Of a stretch of 64,000 bases of DNA, positions 19,521 through 29,732 are shown piece by piece (position 1 is the first letter of the stretch; each line of letters opens with the position of its first letter). The notes below the pieces were generated by a model. That model was not told the origin of the DNA and searched no databases. It worked only from the letters and a program-made list of their open reading frames with translations. The DNA comes from Armatimonadota bacterium (lineage in GTDB: Bacteria > Armatimonadota > UBA5829 > DTLH01): positions 88,184-152,183 of the forward strand of contig JBBRAE010000006.1 in the NCBI GenBank assembly GCA_038207085.1, read 5' to 3'. The position numbers were made by a program, and so were the translations under genes.

Positions 19521-19532
19521 GGAGGCCCCAAG

Positions 19533-20594
19533 TTGGCGATGCAGGAAAAATCGGAGAAGGCAACCGGGAAACGTCGGACAGAAGTCCGAAAAGATGGGCG
19601 AGTCGCCAAAAGCAACGATGTGACCCAGGCCATCGTGATGCTATTTGCGCTGATCGTTCTCAGGTCTGCTGGTGTGCGGATGTTTTCCGGGATGAAAGAG
19701 CTCGTTGCGGGGTCGCTTTCATCGCTGCATTCGACGAGCATAAGCCCGGAGAACCTCGGGCACCTGGCGACGCTTTACGGGATGAAGTTTGTTTCGATCT
19801 GTATGCCGCTTGCGGTTACAGTGGGCTGCGTCGGGGTTGCGGCAAACGTGATGCAGGTGGGCTTCAAGGTGACGCCAAAGGCGATCGCGCCGAAGCTGAG
19901 CAACTTGAACCCGATATCGGGGATTCAAAAGCTTGTGACGATGCGCGGCCTGGTCGAGCTTTTGAAGTCGATCGCAAAGATCATGGTCGTCGGCTGGTTT
20001 GCTTACACTTTTGTAAAGAAAGAGTTTCCTGCGCTTCTTGATCTTACGTCTATGCCGCTTCCACAGATGGGAAGTGTGATCGCTGGAATGGCCTGGCGGC
20101 TTATGATGCGCGGTACGATCGCGATGCTTATCATCGGGACCATCGACTATGTCTATCAGAAGCGGTCTTTTGAAAACAGTATCAAGATGACCAAGCAAGA
20201 GGTCTTCGATGAGATGAAACAGTCCGAAGGAGACCCGGCGGTCAAGGGCCAGATCAAGGCAAAGCAGCGTGAGATGGCGAGGCGGCGGATGATCCGGGAC
20301 GTTCCCAAGGCTGATGTGATCATCACCAACCCGACCCACTTCGCAATCGCGATCAAGTATGACCCGGCGACGATGTCCGCGCCGGTCGTTATAGCCAAAG
20401 GGCAGCGCCTGATGGCTCTTAAAATTAGATCGATAGCCGAGGCAAACGGGATTCCAATCGTTGAGAACCCGCCCGTCGCCCGGCTTCTTTATAAGACAGT
20501 TGAGATTGGGGAGCATATCCCCGAAGAGCTCTTCCAGACCGTAGCCGAGATCCTCGCCTACGTGTTCCAGATGAGCAAAAAGTCGGTGGCGTGA
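19533..20594 (+). CDS. flhB: flagellar biosynthesis protein FlhB
   Basis: NPTH autocleavage motif, EGDP and IPIVENPP. Confidence 0.97.
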   Translation: MAMQEKSEKATGKRRTEVRKDGRVAKSNDVTQAIVMLFALIVLRSAGVRMFSGMKELVAGSLSSLHSTSISPENLGHLATLYGMKFVSICMPLAVTVGCVGVAANVMQVGFKVTPKAIAPKLSNLNPISGIQKLVTMRGLVELLKSIAKIMVVGWFAYTFVKKEFPALLDLTSMPLPQMGSVIAGMAWRLMMRGTIAMLIIGTIDYVYQKRSFENSIKMTKQEVFDEMKQSEGDPAVKGQIKAKQREMARRRMIRDVPKADVIITNPTHFAIAIKYDPATMSAPVVIAKGQRLMALKIRSIAEANGIPIVENPPVARLLYKTVEIGEHIPEELFQTVAEILAYVFQMSKKSVA

Positions 20595-20597
20595 GAG

Positions 20598-20628
20598 GCT
20601 GACAGCTGATAGCTGACAGCTGATAGCT
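20598..20628. repeat. 7-bp tandem repeat (GCTGAYA x4)
   Basis: gctgaca gctgata gctgaca gctgata gct between flhB and flhA. Confidence 0.85.
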
Positions 20629-20642
20629 ACAAGGAGTTTTCC

Positions 20643-22757
20643 GTGGCAGTTAGCACAACACAAAAGAAGCAGTCCAGTGGGCTGATGGATTTGGTTAAGC
20701 ATAGCGACATAACGGTCGCGATCGGCGCGGTGATGATCATCGGGATGATGATCATGCCGATGCCGCACTGGTTGCTCGACATCATGCTCGTTTGCAACAT
20801 CACAGCGGCGCTTACCATGCTGCTCGTGACGGTGTATACGGTCCACCCGCTTGAGTTCGCGTCGTTTCCGGCGATGCTCCTGATCACGACGCTTTTCAGG
20901 CTTGCGCTCAACATTTCGGCTACGAGGCTGATTCTGCTGCACGGGAGCGCGGGGGCGGTGATCTCGGCCTTTGGGTCGGTGGTCGTCGGAGGAAACTACG
21001 TCGTAGGCGTCGTTGTGTTTATCATCTTGATTATAGTTCAGTTTGTAGTCATCACCAACGGCACGGGACGCGTCGCGGAAGTTGCCGCAAGGTTCACCCT
21101 GGACGCGATGCCCGGCAAGCAGATGGCGATCGACGCCGACCTAAACGCAGGCATCATCGACGAAAACGAGGCCAGGGAACGGCGAAAGAACGTCGGTCGC
21201 GAAGCGGACTTCTACGGAGCGATGGACGGAGCCAGCAAGTTCGTCAAAGGCGACGCCACAGCGGCGGTCATTATGATCGTCGTCAATATTCTTGGCGGCT
21301 TCGCAGTCGGAATCTTCCAGCGCCACATGGACCTGATGTCCGCGCTTCAGCATTATACGCTTCTTACCATAGGTGAAGGGCTTGTGACCCAGATTCCCGC
21401 GCTTATCGTTTCGACGACGACCGGTCTTATGGTCACGAAATCGGCGACAGAGAACAACATGGGCAAGGATATCGCCACCCAGTTCCTCTCGCAGCCCAAG
21501 GCCCTAATGGTCGCAGGGAGCGTCTGCGGGGTGCTCGCACTTGTCCCTGGGATCCCAAAGGTTCCGTTTCTTATGGTCGCCGCGATCATCGGGGCACTTG
21601 GCTACATGCTGAAGAATAAGCCCGCCGATGTTAAAGATGAGTCAGGCGAGGCGTCGGCAGCCGACGCGCCCAAGGGGCCGGAGTCGATGACCGAACTTCT
21701 CAGCGTTGACCCGCTCGAGGTCGAGCTCGGTTACGGGCTGATCTCCCTAGCCGATCCGAAGCAGGGTGGGGACCTTCTTGAGAGAATTACAGCAGTTAGA
21801 AGACATGCGGCGATCGACCTCGGACTGCTCGTTCCTGCTATCCGAGTAAGAGACAATTTGCAGCTAAGGCCAAACGAGTACTGCGTGAAACTGCGCGGGC
21901 TTGAGATCGCTTCAGGCGATATTTACCCCGGTCAGCTCCTTGCGATGAACCCGGGCACGGCGGTTGCGCCACTTCGGGGAATGGAGACCGTCGAGCCCGC
22001 GTTTGGGCTGCCGGCGATCTGGATCAGCGATATGCAGCAGGCTGAGGCCGAGATGAACGGCTACACCGTCGTCGACCCGCTTACGGTGACGATCACGCAC
22101 CTGACTGAGCTCATCCGAAAGCACGCGCCGGAGATTCTGACGCGCCAGGACACTCAGACCTTGATCGATGCCGTGAAAGAGCAGTCGCCTTCAGTAGTCG
22201 ACGAGCTTATTCCGGGGATGCTGACCACTGGTGACGTCCAGAAGGTGCTCCAGAACCTGCTTGCTGAGCGGGTGTCGGTGAAGGACCTCGCATCCGTCCT
22301 TGAGGCGCTATCTGATGCGGCCAGGATGACTCGGGATATCGACCTGCTCTCTGACTATGTGCGACAGGCGCTTGCGAGGCAGATCACCAAGCAGTATCAG
22401 GGTCCTGACGGCACGGTGCACGTGTTTACGCTCGACCCGTCCATAGAGCAGGCGATGGCCGATGGCCTCAGGCAGACCGATGTAGGCACACAGCTCGTGC
22501 TCGACCCAATGACGGTCCACAGGGTGCTTGAGTCGACCCGCTTGCAGGTCGAGAGGATGGGTGCGCTCGGTCATCAGCCGGTCGCGCTTTGCTCTCCTAG
22601 AATCAGAATACATTTCCGCAGGCTCGCGGAGCGGATGGTTCCGAGCCTTGCGGTGCTTTCTTACAATGAACTGGCCTCAGGCGCTAAGCTTGAGACGGTT
22701 GGAATGGTGACGATTGCAGATGAAAGTGCTGAAAATAAGATCCCGCAGTATGCGTGA
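20643..22757 (+). CDS. flhA: flagellar biosynthesis protein FlhA
   Basis: EVAARFTLDAMPGKQMAIDADL and FYGAMDGASKFVKGD motifs. Confidence 0.98.
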   Translation: MAVSTTQKKQSSGLMDLVKHSDITVAIGAVMIIGMMIMPMPHWLLDIMLVCNITAALTMLLVTVYTVHPLEFASFPAMLLITTLFRLALNISATRLILLHGSAGAVISAFGSVVVGGNYVVGVVVFIILIIVQFVVITNGTGRVAEVAARFTLDAMPGKQMAIDADLNAGIIDENEARERRKNVGREADFYGAMDGASKFVKGDATAAVIMIVVNILGGFAVGIFQRHMDLMSALQHYTLLTIGEGLVTQIPALIVSTTTGLMVTKSATENNMGKDIATQFLSQPKALMVAGSVCGVLALVPGIPKVPFLMVAAIIGALGYMLKNKPADVKDESGEASAADAPKGPESMTELLSVDPLEVELGYGLISLADPKQGGDLLERITAVRRHAAIDLGLLVPAIRVRDNLQLRPNEYCVKLRGLEIASGDIYPGQLLAMNPGTAVAPLRGMETVEPAFGLPAIWISDMQQAEAEMNGYTVVDPLTVTITHLTELIRKHAPEILTRQDTQTLIDAVKEQSPSVVDELIPGMLTTGDVQKVLQNLLAERVSVKDLASVLEALSDAARMTRDIDLLSDYVRQALARQITKQYQGPDGTVHVFTLDPSIEQAMADGLRQTDVGTQLVLDPMTVHRVLESTRLQVERMGALGHQPVALCSPRIRIHFRRLAERMVPSLAVLSYNELASGAKLETVGMVTIADESAENKIPQYA

Positions 22758-23775
22758 AGCGCTTGACCGGGCTCATCAGGAGCTCGGGGCAAACGCTACC
22801 ATACTCCATACGAAGCTATTTGAGGAGCCTGCGCTATTTGGCTTTTCCAGGAACCGTGGCGTTGAGATTCTCGCCGCTGTGGACTCGCCTGCGCCTGCCG
22901 GTGGTGTTCCGGTGATCACAAGCGCGACTCCTGTAAGCCAGGTCGAAAGCATGACCGCTCAGATATCTGACATGAAGCACATTCTGGCACGGATGGCCCC
23001 GTCACCGGCCCCCGAGCCAGAGAAGCCTAAGTCGGTTGTCTTCGAGCGCCTGCTGAAGAATGGAGTTAGCCACTCGGTTGCAGAATCAGTCGCAGCCCTG
23101 CTTAACTCTGAGCAGGATAACGAACAAATATTAAACAAGCTTGCACAGCGCGTGCCCTGCTCGGGGCCAGTGAAGTGCGACAAACGCCAGGCCCGAATCG
23201 CACTCGTTGGCCCGACCGGAGTCGGCAAAACAACGACTGCGGCCAAGCTTGCGGCGCACTACGCGATCGTTGAGAAGAAGAAAGTCGCGCTGCTCACGCT
23301 TGATACCTACAGAGTAGGCGCAGTCGAGCAGCTTTCTACCTACGCTAGAATCTTGAACGTGCCGATCGAGGTCGCCCTTTGCCCCGAAGACGTCGATGCG
23401 ATGATCCAGAAACACAAGGACAAAGATGTGATCGTGATCGACACCGTCGGGCGAAGCCAGCGCAACAGCTCGCAGCTCTCAGAGCTTGCGAACTTCGTGC
23501 GAGCGGCTAACCCGACCGAGGTGCATCTGGTGATCTCTGCGTCGTCGAGCCAAGCGGTCCAGACTGAGGCGGTCGACAACTTCAGGAAGATGTCCGCAGA
23601 CAGGCTGATCCTGACCAAGCTCGACGAGTCTCCGCTTTCGGGGTGCATACTCGACCTTGCAGTGACTACACTGCTGCCGTTCTCCTACATCACTTACGGT
23701 CAAGAAGTTCCCGACGATATCTCAGTCGCCGAAAAGGGACGGCTGGCCCGACTTGTGTGGGAGGGGATGCCCTGA
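22720..23775 (+). CDS. flhF: flagellar GTPase FlhF
   Basis: GPTGVGKTTT, DTYRVGAVEQL, TKLDE and GQEVPDD motifs. Confidence 0.95.
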   Translation: MKVLKIRSRSMREALDRAHQELGANATILHTKLFEEPALFGFSRNRGVEILAAVDSPAPAGGVPVITSATPVSQVESMTAQISDMKHILARMAPSPAPEPEKPKSVVFERLLKNGVSHSVAESVAALLNSEQDNEQILNKLAQRVPCSGPVKCDKRQARIALVGPTGVGKTTTAAKLAAHYAIVEKKKVALLTLDTYRVGAVEQLSTYARILNVPIEVALCPEDVDAMIQKHKDKDVIVIDTVGRSQRNSSQLSELANFVRAANPTEVHLVISASSSQAVQTEAVDNFRKMSADRLILTKLDESPLSGCILDLAVTTLLPFSYITYGQEVPDDISVAEKGRLARLVWEGMP

Positions 23776-24587
23776 TGGACCAGGCGGCAAGGCTTCGCGC
23801 ATTAATATCTGGAGATGACAGGGCAAGCGCCACTGCGACAATCGAGCGCCCCGAAGGGCTCGGACATATCATTGCGGTCACAAGCGGCAAGGGTGGGGTG
23901 GGCAAGACGACCGTTGCGGTCAACCTCGCGACCCTGATCGCGGAGACTGGGAAAAGCGTGCTGCTCGTAGACGCTGACCTCGGGCTTGCAAACGTCGACG
24001 TGATGCTGGGGATCGACGCTACCCGTCACCTCGGGCATCTCTTGACCGGCGCGTTTTCGGCCGAAGAGATTGCCGTGGACGGCCCTAGAGGCATGCGCGT
24101 GATCTCCGGGGGCTCGGGACTAAGAGAACTTGCAGATGCAAATGCAAATGACCGAAAGATTATACTGGAGAAATTACTAGGTTACTGCCGACAATATGAT
24201 TGTACGATAATCGATACTAGCCCCGGCATAAGTGGGGACGTGACCGATTTCCTGCAAAGCGCAAGCGAAATACTCGTTGTCACGACTCCCGAGCCGACGG
24301 CTCTTCGCGATACCTACGCGGCCCTGAAGACGATCTCGATTAGGCTGCCGGAGACACCGGTAAGGATCGTAGTCAACTCGGCCTCGGCCCGCCAGGCGGC
24401 TGACTCGGTAGCCGCGGTGAACGCTGTGGCGAGTAAGTTTTTAGGGAAAAATTATACAAACTATAACAATATCGAACCAGATGAGCTTGTGCGCAGGTCT
24501 GTAAGAGAGCGGCGGGTGCTTGTCGATAGTTTCCCAAGGTCGCATGCTTCGGACTGTATCCGAAAACTTGCGAAATCGATTTGTTAG
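23775..24587 (+). CDS. flhG: MinD-like flagellar number regulator FlhG
   Basis: MDQAARLR N-terminus, SGKGGVGKT, DADLGLANVD and TTPEP. Confidence 0.94.
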   Translation: MDQAARLRALISGDDRASATATIERPEGLGHIIAVTSGKGGVGKTTVAVNLATLIAETGKSVLLVDADLGLANVDVMLGIDATRHLGHLLTGAFSAEEIAVDGPRGMRVISGGSGLRELADANANDRKIILEKLLGYCRQYDCTIIDTSPGISGDVTDFLQSASEILVVTTPEPTALRDTYAALKTISIRLPETPVRIVVNSASARQAADSVAAVNAVASKFLGKNYTNYNNIEPDELVRRSVRERRVLVDSFPRSHASDCIRKLAKSIC

Positions 24588-24600
24588 AAGTTCTTAGCCC

Positions 24601-24666
24601 GCTTTATTCGTCAAGCGAATAAAGCTTTCGCTAACAGAGCATTATTCACGCTACTCGTGAATAATG
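24601..24666. other. twin related palindromes
   Basis: GCTTTATTCG-N5-CGAATAAAGC and CATTATTCACG-N5-CGTGAATAATG. Confidence 0.6.
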
Positions 24667-24751
24667 TGGATTAGTGAGCAGTCGGAGATCATCGCGTCCC
24701 GCAGGCATGCAGCCTGGCGATCGGAGTGGTCTCATTGGAGGACAAAACTAT

Positions 24752-25804
24752 ATGCTGTGGCCGATGCACAAGAACAAACAGCAGAGCAAAGAGCAAGAGG
24801 AAGGGATATTCGGACTGGTCCGCATCAATGACCGGATCGGTATCGATCATCAGGGCAGTTCATACGTTACCAGAATCGAGGACATTCGTCCCGATGAGAT
24901 AGATGTGGCGGCTCCGGCAGGATCAAGCGGCGCTGGGCTTAGGCTCGGACGCAAGGTGGTGCTTTGTCTCTACCTGCAGCGTGGACTGAGACGCTATTCC
25001 GCGACGATCAAGGCGGTTACGACCGACAGAGTGCCGCTGCTCGTGCTGAACAATTTTGCGGATATGGGAACAGTTGAGCAGCGCAACTTCGAGCGCGTGA
25101 AAGACCAGCTTCAGCTGCATTATCGCTCTGAGATCGGTATGGGGAGCACCGCGCCGTGGTGCACGGGGACGACCCGGGACATAAGCGGTGTCGGCGCGCA
25201 CCTGATGACCGATGAGGCCGATGGCCTTAGTGGTGGCGCGTTCATCGAAGTGGAGCTGTTTTTGCCGGTGGACAAGCCTGTCCGCGCACTTGCCCGAGTG
25301 GTAAGAGTAGGCAAGGCGCACAGCGGATCGTTCAAGTATTCGCTCGCTCTACGGTTTGCTCAGATCAAGGATGTCGACCGCACAAGAATCGTGAAACACG
25401 TTCGATCACGGGCCGCGGCGCTTGAATCGGACCGACGGGGCGTCGTCAGGTGCAAGCAGCAGGTGCCGATGAAGTATCGGCCCAATATGGGCGGCAAGGT
25501 AGTTAACTGGATGAACGGCGGGATCCAGGATGTGAGCACAGGCGGGCTGAGAATCGTCGTCGGAGAGGCCTCCGGGCTTGCCATCGGTACCGCTCTCGAT
25601 ATCAAGCTCGAGCTTCCTGGTAAGAAAGATGTCATCATCCAGTGCGAGGCAGTCTGGGTTCGCCCAAACGCCAACGTCAAGGACGGTGGGTTCCAGATCG
25701 GCGCCAAATACGCCAAGATTTCACCTCAGGCGCAGGCCGAGATAGCGGCGTTTGTCGCAAACTCTCAGGTTGATGACCGCTCCGAATGGAAGGACGCTGC
25801 GTAA
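24752..25804 (+). CDS. YcgR/MotI-like flagellar brake protein with two PilZ domains
   Basis: N-terminal YVTRIED region; RNFER + DISGVG and RGVVR + DVSTGG c-di-GMP motifs; GGAGG RBS. Confidence 0.85.
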   Translation: MLWPMHKNKQQSKEQEEGIFGLVRINDRIGIDHQGSSYVTRIEDIRPDEIDVAAPAGSSGAGLRLGRKVVLCLYLQRGLRRYSATIKAVTTDRVPLLVLNNFADMGTVEQRNFERVKDQLQLHYRSEIGMGSTAPWCTGTTRDISGVGAHLMTDEADGLSGGAFIEVELFLPVDKPVRALARVVRVGKAHSGSFKYSLALRFAQIKDVDRTRIVKHVRSRAAALESDRRGVVRCKQQVPMKYRPNMGGKVVNWMNGGIQDVSTGGLRIVVGEASGLAIGTALDIKLELPGKKDVIIQCEAVWVRPNANVKDGGFQIGAKYAKISPQAQAEIAAFVANSQVDDRSEWKDAA

Positions 25805-25817
25805 GCGTTGTGTCAAA

Positions 25818-26036
25818 GTGAACGAGTTCTGGTGGTTTGTCAGCTTTGTAATATCGGTCACCGGCTTTATGATAGCCGGCGCGGTATCGTTTCTGGGCGG
25901 CGAGGACATGTTCTACGTCGCGCTGAAGTCGATCGGCGCATTTGTTATTCTGTGGATAGCGCAGTCGTTTCTGCGAGGACTTCTGGCCGTTGCCGGAAGC
26001 GCGGTTGAACCCGGGCAGCTTCCGGAGAAGGAATAG
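25818..26036 (+). CDS. small two-TM membrane protein
   Basis: two hydrophobic segments filling the gap before fliA; start uncertain. Confidence 0.65.
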   Translation: MNEFWWFVSFVISVTGFMIAGAVSFLGGEDMFYVALKSIGAFVILWIAQSFLRGLLAVAGSAVEPGQLPEKE

Positions 26037-26050
26037 AGGACCATTGAGCC

Positions 26051-26812
26051 ATGAATGACCTCTGGCAAAAACTGAAAACAGGCGACGAAAACGCCCGTGA
26101 GGAGCTTATTCTCAAATATGCTCACCTGACGCGCTACGTCGTCGATCGTATGAACATCAAGACGACACCCGTTTTCGGCTACGATGATCTGCTAAGCCAT
26201 GCGATTATGGGCTTGATAGACGCGGTAGAGAAGTTCGACTGCACAAAAGATGTGAAGTTCGAGACCTACGCAAGTGTGCGGATCAGGGGCTCGGTGCTTG
26301 ATGCCCTGAAGTCGCTGGACTGGATGCCCCGCTCGCTTCGTGCGACCGAAACCGAGCTTAGACGCGCCTTTGCCCGCCTTGAGGCGGAGCTCGGTCGCCC
26401 TGCGACTGATGATGAGGTCGCCCGCTCGATGGGGATCAGCATCGATGAGTTGAACAATACTCTCGCAAGCTGCGCGCATTCTGCTGTGCAGTCGCTTGAG
26501 GAGATGATGTACTACGGTGAAGAAGGCCCCGAGCTTGCCGCAACCGGCGACAAGGCAAGGCCCGATGAGGATCCGCTCTCCGCGACTGAGCTTAGTGAGC
26601 GTCGGAGGATGTTGGCCTCGGCGATAGATGTGCTTCCCGAGCGCGAAAAGCTTGTCGTGAGCCTTTACTACAAGGATGGGCTGACACTGAGAGAAATCGC
26701 GGCAGTGCTTGGAGTCACCGAATCCAGAGCCTGCCAGCTTCATTCCAAGGCCGTAGTCCGGATGCAGGGGAAGCTCGCAAGGCACGCGGACCTGTTTGTG
26801 ATGGCCGCGTAG
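26051..26812 (+). CDS. fliA: RNA polymerase sigma-28 factor FliA/WhiG
   Basis: KFETYASVRIRG..LD.L...DWMPRSLR; region 4 LREIAAVLGVTESRACQLHSKA. Confidence 0.96.
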   Translation: MNDLWQKLKTGDENAREELILKYAHLTRYVVDRMNIKTTPVFGYDDLLSHAIMGLIDAVEKFDCTKDVKFETYASVRIRGSVLDALKSLDWMPRSLRATETELRRAFARLEAELGRPATDDEVARSMGISIDELNNTLASCAHSAVQSLEEMMYYGEEGPELAATGDKARPDEDPLSATELSERRRMLASAIDVLPEREKLVVSLYYKDGLTLREIAAVLGVTESRACQLHSKAVVRMQGKLARHADLFVMAA

Positions 26813-26834
26813 ATATCCCTGGGAGGGCTGTGCT

Positions 26835-27137
26835 ATGGACGTTCGCTGGCTTGATACGTCCGCACTTGAAGTGAAGCGAATCGAGATGGAAAGGGTCCGT
26901 GCCGTCCAAAGCAAAGACGAAAGCGGGACAGACCATCGCGTCGGCGCGCGTAAGGCCGACAAAGACGGCAAAAAGAACAACCCACACAAAGAAGAACCCG
27001 ACGAACCCGACGATGAGACCCCGGTTGCAGAGCAACACGCCGAAGAAACCCCACTTTATGAGTCACATGGTATAAGTACGGGGTCGGAATCAACCGACAA
27101 TCATGGAGAAGGCCACCTGTTTGATGCGTTGGCCTGA
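26835..27137 (+). CDS. hypothetical acidic protein downstream of fliA
   Basis: GGAGG RBS; charged low-complexity sequence ending GHLFDALA. Confidence 0.7.
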   Translation: MDVRWLDTSALEVKRIEMERVRAVQSKDESGTDHRVGARKADKDGKKNNPHKEEPDEPDDETPVAEQHAEETPLYESHGISTGSESTDNHGEGHLFDALA

Positions 27138-27152
27138 TTGGTTGGAGGAACG

Positions 27153-27620
27153 ATGGGTAGCGGTTGGTTTGTCTTTGGAGTAGTAGCGTGTGTGGTGGTG
27201 TGCAGCGGGTTTGTGATCGCTGTTACGATTATGCGCGCGGCCTGGGCACAGCGCGAGCGCGACGCCCTGAGCTCAAACGACCTTCGCGCGCTTGAAGAGT
27301 CGGCGGTGCTTCTGATTGACCAGCTAAAAAGCGAGGCCGACGCCGCCATCACCGAGATCGACAAACGCCGGAAAGCCCTCTCCAAGCTGATCAAAGAAGC
27401 CGACGTGAAGCTCGCCGAGCTTAAAGACGCCGAAGCCAAAGTCGCAAGCGCGCCCGCGCAGGTGACAGAAGACGAGTCCTCAGTAGAATCAAGCCCCGCG
27501 GTAAGAATACTCGAGTTCGCCGGAGCCGGGATGGACGCAGCCGACATCGCCAAGGTGACGGGAATAGACTGCGCCGAAGTGAACCTTGTGCTTAGCCTCC
27601 ATAAGAAACTTGCGGCCTGA
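27153..27620 (+). CDS. membrane-anchored coiled-coil protein with C-terminal HTH-like segment (DUF2802-like)
   Basis: N-terminal TM, coiled coil, GMDAADIAKVTGIDCAEVNLVL. Confidence 0.7.
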   Translation: MGSGWFVFGVVACVVVCSGFVIAVTIMRAAWAQRERDALSSNDLRALEESAVLLIDQLKSEADAAITEIDKRRKALSKLIKEADVKLAELKDAEAKVASAPAQVTEDESSVESSPAVRILEFAGAGMDAADIAKVTGIDCAEVNLVLSLHKKLAA

Positions 27621-27917
27621 GTTACTACTGTTGCTAATAAATCTCTTCCATTACAGTTGACAGCCGACCAATTTCCAGCAATAATACTGGTAGATGCCTG
27701 TGCAGTATGTGGACATCGATTCCGCCTTGTTGCGGAGAGAGGGGCGCTTCTATGCGCTGGTTGGTCCATTGTTTCTGTAACTCCGCTTGGGTGGCATGCG
27801 CTACCAACACAGTCTTGTACCCCCCCGTCAAACTCGTCCTCCCTGAGTCAGCAGTAAATAGCAAATCAGCGATTTGACTCAGTTCTTATGATGTGGAAAC
27901 ACACGAGGAGGAACCAA

Positions 27918-29732
27918 TTGAAGAAACGGATTGTTGCGTCTATTCTTTTCGGGGCGGCACTGCTTGGAGCGTCATGCTCAAGCTGTCTTGCCTTCACGAT
28001 GGACGATCTCGCGCAAGCGAAGCTGCTGATAGGCAAGACCGAGACATACGACGAGGGGATGGCCTTAGTCTCGGGGATATTTTGGGATGACGTTTTTGTT
28101 GCTGAACATCCGGCTGAGGTGGCTTGGGTCTACACCATGCAGGCTCGGCAGTTGCGCAACAAAAAGCAGATCACGAATGCTGCAGTCAAGATGAAGAAGG
28201 CGCTCGCTGTCGCGCCGAAGGGCTCGGGCATCGCCGGGCTGGTTATGAGTGAGCTTGCGAGTCTGCAAATGGAATTACCTGATAAAGCGGCGGCCGCAGT
28301 ACTCTACCAGCGGCTTATCACCGAATATCCCAAAGGCGATGTCGCTGGTTGGAAGCTTGCTATGAGTAAGAGCTACTACTACACGAGGCGCTATGACGCA
28401 TCCATTGTCATATGCGCCGAAGTGATCAGAGATTGTCCCGCAAATGGTAGGGTAAGCGAAGCCATGACAAGGACTGCGGCTTGCTATCACAAACAGGGCA
28501 AGTATCAGATGGAGGCAGCGACGCTTCGCCAGATTATCTCGCAGTTTCCAGACACTCGCGCAGCAAATAATGCGGCGGTCGTAGTTGACGCTCTAAGTGT
28601 ACTGCACCTTGGCTCGGCGGACCGAAACTCGATTGTCCAAGATCACAAGGATCAGGCAGCACAGTCCCTATGCACGTATGCCAAGGGTGGTATTGAGTAT
28701 TTTGCACCGACTGAAGATGAGGAAACTGCGGCGGCATATCAAGCTGGCTTGGACATGTCTCCAACGGACAATAATATACTTGCGGAGATTGAGTTTCAGT
28801 ATGGCGCATGGTGCAGAAGCCGAAAGCGCCATCAGCAGGCCGTTGACCTCGGCCAGCGGCTTCTCGCAGACTGCAAAGGGCTGGACGATGAGAAGAATCT
28901 GGAGTTCAACGCCCTGATGCTGATCGGTTACGGATATCAGTGCATGGGGCAATATGACAAGGCCATCCCAGCACTGCGGGATGTGGTGGAGCGGTTGAAG
29001 TCGGAACATCCGGGAGGGATCCACAATTTGGCTACTTGTTACCGGCTATCCGGCAACACTGTTATGGCTGATGCATTGTTTGACAGACTGATAGCTAATG
29101 GGCCTCAGACAGGAATGGCCCAGCAAGCATTTTTGGAAAAGGCGCTTATGCGGCTCGGGAATGCCAACAAGACCGAAGAGGGCATCAGCCTGTTTAGGCA
29201 GATATTTGCGATCGAGGTGGATGATCCATCGGGCGACAAGTCTTTCGAGTTTATGACTGCCCTGCAGACGGCACGTCCGAGTGTGGCTGCGGTCGATACT
29301 CTGCTCTCCGGATCGGAAAGTATGCCTTTGGAGGATAGAAAGAGAATGCTTGCAAGCATCGGCGGCGCGTTGCGCGTCAAGATGGGCAAGCCTAAACAGG
29401 CAAGAGACGTCTATGCGACACTTGCCTCCATTTTGGAGGGAGATGCTAAGTCAGAAGTAGTATTCCAGATGGCAGACTGTGATTATTCTGCGGGCGAATG
29501 GGCTACTGGAGTATCGGACTGTCGTGACCTCTATCAAATGGGCCGCGAAGGAAAGTTTGCCGCGCGTTCAAAGGTGCTGGAGGCCAGTTGTCTGATACAA
29601 TCGGGTGATTATGCTGGAGCAAAGAAGGCGTTTCAGGAGGTGCTCGCGGCTTTTCCTGACAGCGTAGATGCAGAGGTTGCCACACAGTATATAGCTGTGC
29701 TTTCCGCAGGCGAGCAGGGAGGTGTACGATGA
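27918..29732 (+). CDS. exported tetratricopeptide-repeat protein
   Basis: TTG start after AGGAGG; signal peptide MKKRIVASILFGAALL; repeated TPR-like units ending in YP/FP. Confidence 0.82.
   Translation: MKKRIVASILFGAALLGASCSSCLAFTMDDLAQAKLLIGKTETYDEGMALVSGIFWDDVFVAEHPAEVAWVYTMQARQLRNKKQITNAAVKMKKALAVAPKGSGIAGLVMSELASLQMELPDKAAAAVLYQRLITEYPKGDVAGWKLAMSKSYYYTRRYDASIVICAEVIRDCPANGRVSEAMTRTAACYHKQGKYQMEAATLRQIISQFPDTRAANNAAVVVDALSVLHLGSADRNSIVQDHKDQAAQSLCTYAKGGIEYFAPTEDEETAAAYQAGLDMSPTDNNILAEIEFQYGAWCRSRKRHQQAVDLGQRLLADCKGLDDEKNLEFNALMLIGYGYQCMGQYDKAIPALRDVVERLKSEHPGGIHNLATCYRLSGNTVMADALFDRLIANGPQTGMAQQAFLEKALMRLGNANKTEEGISLFRQIFAIEVDDPSGDKSFEFMTALQTARPSVAAVDTLLSGSESMPLEDRKRMLASIGGALRVKMGKPKQARDVYATLASILEGDAKSEVVFQMADCDYSAGEWATGVSDCRDLYQMGREGKFAARSKVLEASCLIQSGDYAGAKKAFQEVLAAFPDSVDAEVATQYIAVLSAGEQGGVR

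Noticed and set aside
393..27769. Long antisense ORFs over flagellar genes (e.g. 3729-4814, 6412-7293, 19719-20942)
   Set aside because: Shadow frames of GC-rich coding sequence with no recognisable motifs.
29722..29728. GTG start given by the ORF track for the 448-aa protein
   Set aside because: It overlaps the Shine-Dalgarno and gives no signal peptide; ATG 29729 fits better.
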